A stretch of 64,000 bases of DNA from Bacilli bacterium (lineage in GTDB: Bacteria; Bacillota_I; Bacilli_A; RF39; UBA660): positions 72,831 through 136,830 of the forward strand of contig JAFXZI010000012.1 in the NCBI GenBank assembly GCA_017541325.1, read 5' to 3'. Position numbers and translations under genes: made by a program. Positions 1-7,275 of this stretch are shown one piece after another (the first letter of the stretch is position 1; the number at the start of each line of letters is the position of its first letter). The notes beneath the pieces were generated by a model. It was not told the DNA's origin. It was given only the letters and a program-made list of their open reading frames with translations, and searched no databases.

Positions 1-109
1 TTAATAAAATAATTCATACTTTTCTCCATAACAAGTCTGTAAATATTATAACACAATTAATCATATTTCCCTTTATTTTTAAAGAAAATATGATAAAATA
101 TATACGAGT

Positions 110-670
110 GTGGTGAAGTGTATGTTAAAAGATAAAGATATACTAGATGAAAAATGTAAAATATTGCATCAAGTATCTGAAGAAGTTACTTTTCCAATGA
201 GTGAAACTGATAAAAAGATGATAGATGATATGATTGAACATCTAACTCTTAGTCAAATACCAGAAAAATCTGAAGAGTTAAATTTACGTCCTGGTATGGG
301 GATGGCTGCAGTACAAGTTGGAATACTAAAAAGATATTTCGTAGTAGTTTATGAATATGAAGATCAAAAATTTGAAAATTATATTTTAGTTAATCCTAAA
401 ATAGTTAGTGAATCAAACGAAATGATTTATGTTGAAGAAGGAGAAGGATGTCTTTCAGTTAATAGACCTACTGAAGGAATAGTTCCAAGACATGCAAGAA
501 TTACAATGGAAGGATTTGATCAAGAAGGAAATCCTGTAAGATATAGAGTCCGTGAAGATTTAGCAGTTGCTTTTCAACATGAATATGATCATTTAAACGG
601 AATTATGTTTACAGATAAAATTGATCCAAAAAATCCATTTAAAGATAAAGATAAATATAGAGCAATTTAA
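110..670 (+). CDS. def: peptide deformylase
   Basis: Carries the three PDF signature motifs: GMGMAAVQVG (motif I), EGCLSV (motif II) and HEYDHLNG (the HExxH metal site). Length is about 186 aa. The alternative ATG at 122 is also possible. Confidence 0.9.
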   Translation: MVKCMLKDKDILDEKCKILHQVSEEVTFPMSETDKKMIDDMIEHLTLSQIPEKSEELNLRPGMGMAAVQVGILKRYFVVVYEYEDQKFENYILVNPKIVSESNEMIYVEEGEGCLSVNRPTEGIVPRHARITMEGFDQEGNPVRYRVREDLAVAFQHEYDHLNGIMFTDKIDPKNPFKDKDKYRAI

Positions 671-705
671 AAGAGAAGTTAAACTTCTCTTTTTTATTTT
701 TTTTC
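664..705. terminator. bidirectional rho-independent terminator between convergent def and the pilin-Hint gene
   Basis: The sequence aaaAGAGAAGTTaaACTTCTCTttttttatttttttt forms a perfect 9-bp stem flanked by an A-run and a T-run. It sits between the stop codons at 670 and 694. Confidence 0.6.
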
Positions 706-2154
706 TATATTTTTACAATAATTATAATCGCTTATTATTTGTTCAATACTATCAGGAGATTCTGCTGCTCTTACACCTTCAAACCACTCTTCTGGTATTT
801 CAGGAATATCTTCTTTACTTCTTATCTTTCTATCATCTTTTACATACTTCATATCTTTTACTTTATATATATTATTAATTCTCCAAGATGTAAGTATTCC
901 ATTTCCAAAGAAGTTCATATGTCTTTCAGTAATCATATTACAATATACAACATCTTCATACACTCTTTCTTTTGACACTAAAGTAATATATTTATTATTA
1001 CTACTAAAAGTTTTAGTTCCAATAGGGGTTTGTTCATCATCCATTACTTGAGTAAACATTCCTTTGTCTGCATTAAAAATTCTATGGTTATTTACTACTT
1101 TTAAAGTAGATCCATCTGAGAATTTTAATAAAACAAAACTATCTGATTTTTTTGGTTCCATTATCCATAACGGTTTTGTAAACACTTCTTTTCCTTCATC
1201 AAAATCCCAAGCAAGTATTAAATCATCAGGAGTAACATCTATTAATTTTTTCTTTTTCCTCTTCTTTTTCTTTTTATCATATACTTCTACTTCAGTATCA
1301 GCTACTAAGCAAACATGTGTTACATAATAACAACCACTTGTTTTTTGTTCAGCTACAGTAGTATCACTAGTTATTTTAACTCTGTTAGTACTACTAGTAT
1401 CACATTCTGCTCCAGGATAATAATATACTGAAACAAATTTACTAACTGATGCTCCAAGCACCTCTTTTATAGTTGATGTTGGCTTATTATTACTAATTAT
1501 TGGAGACGTTGTCCAAACAGTTCCATCTCTTTTATGCACTAAATGATAATATTTATCTATTGGCGGTATTGGCTTTACACAACTGCCTGAAACATTAATA
1601 AAATCAATATTTGATGCTAATATTTCTTCTCCATTATTAAGTATTGGTTCCGCTTCACCACCAGGAGTCATAATAGCACTAGTTTGTTTTGTAATATTTG
1701 CTTCACTTATAGGAGAAGGATTGTCTATTTGTCTACCTTTTGGTCTAATAGCATCACTCTTCGTAAGAGCCATTCCATATCCAGCATCATCTATAAACGT
1801 AAAATAGAAATCATATCCAAACTTTTCAGCATTATAATGAACTACGACGTATGCTTGCCTCCAATTACCAAAAGGATTTGTTCCTCCTTTTTCTAAAAAA
1901 ATACAAGAATTATTTTTATCATTACTTACTTGAATATAATATAATCTATTTCCATCTGATAAAGCATCAAAATCGCCTTCATTAACTGCTATAGAAGCTG
2001 CTCTAACAAAAGAGTCTATACTACTTACTAATGTTTTCTTTCTTGATTCAGTAATATATCTAGTTACTGCTGGAATAGCGATTGCCATTAATAACCCTAA
2101 TATTACTATAACTGCAAGTAATTCAATTAATGTAAAACCTTTATTATTCTTCAT
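694..2154 (-). CDS. type IV pilin/pseudopilin-like protein (prepilin-type N-terminus) with a C-terminal Hint (Hedgehog/intein-like) domain
   Basis: Start corrected to the ATG at 2154, which has an AGGTGAT RBS; the upstream part of the annotated ORF is not translated. The N-terminus MKNNKG|FTLIELLAVIVILGLLMAIAIP is a class III prepilin signal with Glu at +5. The middle is a Cys-containing globular region. The C-terminal ~200 aa carries intein/Hint block-like motifs: HVCLVADTEVEV, LKVVNNHRIF and VYCNMITERHMNFFGNGILTSW. A KKKKKRKKKK tract sits 10 aa after the Hint Cys. Confidence 0.75.
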   Translation of the reverse strand: MKNNKGFTLIELLAVIVILGLLMAIAIPAVTRYITESRKKTLVSSIDSFVRAASIAVNEGDFDALSDGNRLYYIQVSNDKNNSCIFLEKGGTNPFGNWRQAYVVVHYNAEKFGYDFYFTFIDDAGYGMALTKSDAIRPKGRQIDNPSPISEANITKQTSAIMTPGGEAEPILNNGEEILASNIDFINVSGSCVKPIPPIDKYYHLVHKRDGTVWTTSPIISNNKPTSTIKEVLGASVSKFVSVYYYPGAECDTSSTNRVKITSDTTVAEQKTSGCYYVTHVCLVADTEVEVYDKKKKKRKKKKLIDVTPDDLILAWDFDEGKEVFTKPLWIMEPKKSDSFVLLKFSDGSTLKVVNNHRIFNADKGMFTQVMDDEQTPIGTKTFSSNNKYITLVSKERVYEDVVYCNMITERHMNFFGNGILTSWRINNIYKVKDMKYVKDDRKIRSKEDIPEIPEEWFEGVRAAESPDSIEQIISDYNYCKNIEKK

Positions 2155-2201
2155 ATTATCACCTACTATATAAATTATATCATACAAAAAAGAAATGACT
2201 A

Positions 2202-4412
2202 TTATTTATTTTCTTCATTTCTTTCTTTTGGTTCTTCTTTTATATAAGTATCTTTTAAATAAAGAATTACTTCATCTGGTTTAGTTCCTGGCTTAACACT
2301 TTGATTATAGATATAACCATTTCCTTCATAAGTAAATTTAATATTTAACATATTTAGAAGTGTTTTAGCTTCATTTAAACTGTATCCTGTTAAATTAGGC
2401 ATTTTTATATCCTTATCATTAGTTATTAAGAATATTTTATCTTTAGTTGTTACAATAGTTTTACTAGCAGGATATTGTTTAATTATTTTATTTCCAGAAC
2501 CTATTACAATAGGATTAAATCCAGCACTTTTTAAAGATGAACTAATTTTACCAGTATCTTTATTTATATAACTTTCTATTTTAATACTCTTATCTGTTTT
2601 ACTTATTATTGTAGGTTTGTCATTACTACTATATATTTCATAATAACTACTAATATTTTTAACTAATTCTTTTACAACTGATGACATAGGAGATACTCTT
2701 CCTCCACTACCATCATTAGGTTTTTTAGCAGCTACATAGAATATCAATTTAGGATCATTCTTAGGCCACATACCAGCAATACCTTTAATAACTTCTCCAG
2801 TATTATATCCAGTACCAGATGCAACTTGAGCTGATCCAGTTTTAATAATTAAATCATATCCTTGCATGTAATAAGGATATCCTGTACAAGTAGATGAATT
2901 ACCTGCAATAACATCTTCCATTAAATCTTTCATCTTATCAGTAGTTGATTTAGATGCTACTTGATATAATTCAGTTCTTCCACCCTTAAATGATACTGTT
3001 CCATCACTATCTACTATTTTATCTACGTAATATGGTTGCAATAACATACCATCATTAGCAATACTAGTTAATGCTTTTATATTTTGAATAGGTGTTGTAG
3101 TAATTCCTTGTCCAAATCCTGCATTATAGTATTCTGTTTCATATTTAAAAGCAATTTTACCATTTACTTCATTAGGAATTGATACTCCTGTAGTTGTACC
3201 AAATCCTAATTTACTATAATAACTTCTTAAAGTATCTTTATTTATATTTTTTCTAAGCAAAGAAATAATACCAGTATTAGATGATAAAGCAAAACCTCTA
3301 TCATAAGTAATATTTCCCCATCCACTACGTTTCCAGTCACCTATTTCAGTTCCATCACTTGCAGTGTATGTTCCAGATTTATATTTTCCATTTGGGTCAT
3401 ATTTACTATTTTCCATAACAGCCATATAAGTCCATGTTTTCATAGTACTTCCTGGTTCAAAAGCAACTCCAGTATTATAATCTAAATAATTTTTAATATT
3501 TCTTTTATTTGGATCAAATGAAGGATTAGAAACTGCTCCTAAAATTGCACCAGTTTTAGCATCAGCAACAATCATTGTATACCATTCCCATTTGTATTTT
3601 TTTGCAGCAGCATTATCAAGTGCTTGTTCAAGGAACATTCCAACATTTGCATCTAAACTTAAATAAATATCACTACCATTTACAGCTTCAACTGTTATTT
3701 CACTAGTTCCAGGAATTTTATATCCATTACGATCTCTTTGATAGAAAGTATATCCGTCTTTACCACTTAAAACATCATCGTAATACTTCTCTATCCCCAT
3801 CTCACCAACAAGTTTAGTGGTTTTATTACCATTTTCATCTGTAACTACTTTTTCAACGGCATAACCTATTGTATAAGACATAAAGTCTCCATATGGATAA
3901 TACCTCTTTTTAGTTTCAATAAATCCTATTCCAGGAAGATTTAAATCTTTTATACGATCTTTTTCTAGTTCTGATAAACCTTTTGCTTTAGCACCAAATT
4001 CTGTTTGATACACTCCTTCTTTCTTTAAATTCTTTAGTAAATCCTCATATGAAATATCTAATACTTTAGATAATTCTTGAGCAGTAAACTCTTTATCTAT
4101 TACATGTTGTGGATTATTTTTATCAGTAGTTCTACTTGGATCTAAATATGCTATTAAAGTATAAGAAGAAACATTTTCAGCAAGAACATTTCCATTTACA
4201 TCATATATTTTTCCGCGTTCAGCAGTAAGAACTCTAGTTGTACTATTACGACTACTAGCAAATTCTTGTATATTTATTCCATCAATCTCAGTTGACAAAG
4301 CAAGGAAACACAATCTATAAATTACCAAAATAAAAAGAGAAGCACCAATAAGTAGAAAAATCCAAGAAAATTTAATTGTATTTTTCTTTTTATCAGTCTT
4401 CTTCTTTTTCAT
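2202..4412 (-). CDS. class B penicillin-binding protein (PBP2B/FtsI-like transpeptidase) with C-terminal PASTA domains
   Basis: Has an N-terminal TM segment. Transpeptidase motifs are present: STMK (SxxK), SSN (SxN) and KTGS (KTG). The C-terminus has PASTA-like repeats (NLTGYSLNEAKTLL...). It lies in dcw order after ftsL. The ORF-track start is a TTG; I prefer the ATG at 4412, which has a GGAAAG RBS. Confidence 0.85.
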   Translation of the reverse strand: MKKKKTDKKKNTIKFSWIFLLIGASLFILVIYRLCFLALSTEIDGINIQEFASSRNSTTRVLTAERGKIYDVNGNVLAENVSSYTLIAYLDPSRTTDKNNPQHVIDKEFTAQELSKVLDISYEDLLKNLKKEGVYQTEFGAKAKGLSELEKDRIKDLNLPGIGFIETKKRYYPYGDFMSYTIGYAVEKVVTDENGNKTTKLVGEMGIEKYYDDVLSGKDGYTFYQRDRNGYKIPGTSEITVEAVNGSDIYLSLDANVGMFLEQALDNAAAKKYKWEWYTMIVADAKTGAILGAVSNPSFDPNKRNIKNYLDYNTGVAFEPGSTMKTWTYMAVMENSKYDPNGKYKSGTYTASDGTEIGDWKRSGWGNITYDRGFALSSNTGIISLLRKNINKDTLRSYYSKLGFGTTTGVSIPNEVNGKIAFKYETEYYNAGFGQGITTTPIQNIKALTSIANDGMLLQPYYVDKIVDSDGTVSFKGGRTELYQVASKSTTDKMKDLMEDVIAGNSSTCTGYPYYMQGYDLIIKTGSAQVASGTGYNTGEVIKGIAGMWPKNDPKLIFYVAAKKPNDGSGGRVSPMSSVVKELVKNISSYYEIYSSNDKPTIISKTDKSIKIESYINKDTGKISSSLKSAGFNPIVIGSGNKIIKQYPASKTIVTTKDKIFLITNDKDIKMPNLTGYSLNEAKTLLNMLNIKFTYEGNGYIYNQSVKPGTKPDEVILYLKDTYIKEEPKERNEENK

Positions 4413-4425
4413 CTCAATCACTTTC

Positions 4426-4740
4426 CTATTCAGCAGTATTGTCAACTAATCTTATATTATTATCATTATATCTTAATCCTTTTGACTCTGCAACTTCTTT
4501 GATTTTATCTAGGGAAGCAAGCTCACTTAATTTCATAGATAAACTTTCGTTTTTCTTTTGTTCAGTATTTACTTCACCTCTCAATTTCTCAACATCGTAG
4601 TTTATCTTAGATAAAGTTGCTTGAGAGAAAACAATTGCAAGAGGAGAGATTACTACAATAAAAACAGCAAAGCCATACAAAAGTTTTTCAAACTTAGTTA
4701 GTTTTAATTTTCTTTTAATTACCTTTCTTTTTTTCTTCAT
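4426..4740 (-). CDS. ftsL: cell division protein FtsL
   Basis: 104 aa with a basic N-terminus, a single TM segment (LLYGFAVFIVVISPLAIVF) and a coiled-coil C-terminus. Its position between rsmH and the PBP is the expected one for ftsL. Confidence 0.7.
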   Translation of the reverse strand: MKKKRKVIKRKLKLTKFEKLLYGFAVFIVVISPLAIVFSQATLSKINYDVEKLRGEVNTEQKKNESLSMKLSELASLDKIKEVAESKGLRYNDNNIRLVDNTAE

Positions 4741-4749
4741 AATATCCTC

Positions 4750-5676
4750 CTATTTAACTCTTTCAATTATTCTTAATTTACTACTTCTTGCTCTTGGATT
4801 AGCTGTTATTTCTTCTTCTGTCGGAGTAATAACATTTTTATTAACTAATCTAAACGAAGGTCTATATTCTTCAGGAATATCTGGAAGACCTTTTACTTTA
4901 GGATCTATTTCTGTTACTTTCCTAAAGATATTTTTTACAATTCTATCTTCAAGAGAATGGAAAGTAATAACTGATATCCTTCCTCCTACATTTAGAAGAT
5001 CTAGGCTGTCTATTAATGCTTGTTCTAGGACATTAAGTTCATCGTTGACTTCTATTCTTATAGCTTGGAATACCTTTCGAGCGGGATGTTTTTCTCTACG
5101 AACTCTTTCAGGTACTGAAGATTTAATAACTTCTGCAAGTTCTAACGTAGTATCAATGGGTTTAGTCTTACGACTACTTACTATCGCTTTCGCTATACTA
5201 CGTGCGTACTTTTCTTCACCGTATTCAAAAAATATTTTAACTAATTCAGATTCTGAATAGTTATTTACGACATCGTGTGCAGAAAGCTTGTTCTCTTGAT
5301 TCATTCTCATATCAAGATACGCATCATGATGATAAGAGAAACCTCTTTCATCTTCATCCAGTTGTGGTGATGAAACTCCTAAATCAAATAGGATTCCATC
5401 AACTTTCGAAATGGACTTATCTTTTAATTCTTTTTTAATATTTACAAAATTTGAGTTGATGATAGTAAAATTATTACCAATTTCTTCAAGTCTCTTTTTG
5501 CTTGTATTAATTGCGTCTTTATCTTGATCAAAGGCGAATAAGTATCCTCCCCTTTTTATTCTTTTTAATATTTCACTTGAATGACCTCCACGTCCTAAAG
5601 TACAGTCGACATAAATGCCATCTTCCTTTATGTTTAAGCCATCAATTGATTCATTTAAGAGTACACTTATATGCAT
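4750..5676 (-). CDS. rsmH: 16S rRNA (cytosine1402-N4)-methyltransferase RsmH (MraW)
   Basis: The N-terminus HISVLLNESIDGL...DCTLGRGGHS is typical of RsmH/MraW. It lies immediately downstream of mraZ. Confidence 0.9.
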   Translation of the reverse strand: MHISVLLNESIDGLNIKEDGIYVDCTLGRGGHSSEILKRIKRGGYLFAFDQDKDAINTSKKRLEEIGNNFTIINSNFVNIKKELKDKSISKVDGILFDLGVSSPQLDEDERGFSYHHDAYLDMRMNQENKLSAHDVVNNYSESELVKIFFEYGEEKYARSIAKAIVSSRKTKPIDTTLELAEVIKSSVPERVRREKHPARKVFQAIRIEVNDELNVLEQALIDSLDLLNVGGRISVITFHSLEDRIVKNIFRKVTEIDPKVKGLPDIPEEYRPSFRLVNKNVITPTEEEITANPRARSSKLRIIERVK

Positions 5677-5678
5677 TA

Positions 5679-6122
5679 TTAATCACCATTATCCCAGTTT
5701 GAATCAAATAAATTTTCACAGATATCTGACATTTCATCTTTATTAGTAGAATAAAAATTATTCCATTTATCTAAAGACCATATTTCAAGACGATCACCTA
5801 CTCCAACAATAACGCACTCTTTTTTTAAATCGGCATACGAAATTAGAGGCGAAGCAAGATTAATTCTTCCTTGTTTGTCAAATTCTGTTGCAGCAGCTCC
5901 AGATAAGAAGAATCTCATAAAACTACGAGCGCTCTTCTTAGTGAAAGGTAGTTTCTCCAGCTTAGTCATTATCTTATCCCATTCTACTTTCGTATAAAGG
6001 AATAAGCACTCTTCTAAGCCTCTGGTAACTATTACTTCATTACCTAGCTCTTCGCGAAATTTAGCAGGTAAAGTAAGTCTACCTTTATCGTCGATATTAT
6101 GATGATATTCTCCAATCAACAT
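5679..6122 (-). CDS. mraZ: transcriptional regulator MraZ
   Basis: Start corrected to MLIGEYHHNIDDKGRLTLPAKFR (ATG at 6122 with a GGAG/GGGTGA RBS). At 147 aa it matches MraZ size, and the duplicated SpoVT/AbrB-like DxxGR motif is present. Confidence 0.85.
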   Translation of the reverse strand: MLIGEYHHNIDDKGRLTLPAKFREELGNEVIVTRGLEECLFLYTKVEWDKIMTKLEKLPFTKKSARSFMRFFLSGAAATEFDKQGRINLASPLISYADLKKECVIVGVGDRLEIWSLDKWNNFYSTNKDEMSDICENLFDSNWDNGD

Positions 6123-6286
6123 ATTATCACCCACTTTTCTCCACTTTTTACCACTGCTACTATTATAATACATCCTATCCCCCACTTCAAGCAATAATTT
6201 AGCAACCAAAAAAGTGTCTAATTGACACAAAAAAAGAGAAGAGTTTACAACTCCTCTCTTTACAGTAATTTACTTTTTTAAAAATG

Positions 6287-6475
6287 TTACTTATTTAATA
6301 AGTATAATACGATACATCCAATTACTATGATTATAATTCCAATATATAATATTCTAAAAATAATATCTGATTCTCTATCTTCTTTATTAAGTTTTTTCAT
6401 AAGCTCTGGATTTTCTCCAAAGTTATGATTTCCTTCTTCATCTCTTACTAATACTTTAGTTTTATTTTCATCCAT
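6287..6475 (-). CDS. small single-pass membrane protein (hypothetical)
   Basis: 62 aa with a charged N-terminus and a C-terminal TM segment (IIFRILYIGIIIIVIGCIVLYLL). A GAGGGA RBS lies 6 nt upstream of the ATG. Confidence 0.4.
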   Translation of the reverse strand: MDENKTKVLVRDEEGNHNFGENPELMKKLNKEDRESDIIFRILYIGIIIIVIGCIVLYLLNK

Positions 6476-6575
6476 TGCTATCCCTCACTAATTTAATAAT
6501 ATAACTTTATTTATAATAAATCAATTGCATTTATAACTTATTAAGTAATATAATAATTAGATGTTGGAGGATTTT

Positions 6576-7253
6576 ATGAAAAAGTATAATCAATATATCC
6601 TATCTATTTTATTTATTACTTGTGTATTTGTTAATTTAATATATATAGTTAATAGTATTCATTTTCAAAATAAAACAATTAAAAACGAGTATGAAATAAT
6701 GGATGAAAATATAGTCTTCTTTGGTGACTCTATTACATATCAATATAATTTAAAAGAATACTTTAAAGGTCATAATGTAGTAAATAAAGGGATAAATGGA
6801 AATAAAACAGAGGATCTAGTTAGAAGATTAGATGACTTATATTTATATAATCCATCTAAAATATTTATTCTAATTGGTATAAACGATTTAACAGAGAAGT
6901 TAGAAATAGAAGATATTATAAATGACTACTCTATTATTATCAAAAGTATTAAAGAAAATAGAAAATATGCAAAAATATATGTAGAATCAGTATATCCTAT
7001 TAATATGGATGTAATTAAATCTATAAAAAAGGAAAGACATTATCATTTAAATAATGAAACTATATCAGAACTTAATAGTAAAATTAAAGAACTATGTTAT
7101 CAAGAAAATGTTACATATATTAATGTTTATGATAAATTATTAGATGATGAAGGAAAACTAAAAGAAAAATATACAACAGATGGACTTCATATAAGTCATT
7201 TAGGATATTTAAGAATATCTGCAATTTTAAATAAATATATAAAAGGAGATTAA
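6576..7253 (+). CDS. SGNH/GDSL-family hydrolase (lipase/esterase/acylhydrolase)
   Basis: A GGAGG RBS precedes the ATG at 6576. It has an N-terminal TM anchor, a VFFGDSITYQ (GDSx) block, GINGNKTED (Gly/Asn block) and a C-terminal DGLHIS (DxxH). Confidence 0.8.
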   Translation: MKKYNQYILSILFITCVFVNLIYIVNSIHFQNKTIKNEYEIMDENIVFFGDSITYQYNLKEYFKGHNVVNKGINGNKTEDLVRRLDDLYLYNPSKIFILIGINDLTEKLEIEDIINDYSIIIKSIKENRKYAKIYVESVYPINMDVIKSIKKERHYHLNNETISELNSKIKELCYQENVTYINVYDKLLDDEGKLKEKYTTDGLHISHLGYLRISAILNKYIKGD

Positions 7254-7275
7254 ATAATCTCCTTTTTTATTTGGT
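7247..7275. terminator. bidirectional terminator between the GDSL gene and the deaminase gene
   Basis: aaaGGAGATTAaaTAATCTCCtttttta forms a perfect 8-bp stem followed by a T-run. Confidence 0.55.

Noticed and set aside
1-17. Possible 5' end of a minus-strand gene running off the left edge, with a GGAGAAAAG RBS at 18-30
   Set aside because: Only 5 codons (ATG AAT TAT TTT ATT) are inside the window. This is too little to call a product. I note it only as a hint of a divergent promoter region shared with def.
1252-1285. Phase-variable homopolymer at the poly-lysine tract of the pilin-Hint gene
   Set aside because: The A/T runs are interrupted (maximum 6 identical bases) and in-frame AAA/AAG/AGG codons alternate. 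Classical slipped-strand phase variation is unlikely, although ribosomal stalling or sliding on the A-rich mRNA remains possible.
694-2154. True intein interpretation of the Hint-like region
   Set aside because: The domain is at the extreme C-terminus with no downstream extein. It also lacks the terminal His-Asn plus Cys/Ser/Thr needed for C-terminal splicing. A Hedgehog- or BIL-like autoprocessing Hint is the better fit.
5679-6230. 183-aa extended MraZ ORF from the six-frame track
   Set aside because: The first 36 codons lack an RBS and are not MraZ-like. The ATG at 6122 has an RBS and gives the canonical 147-aa protein.
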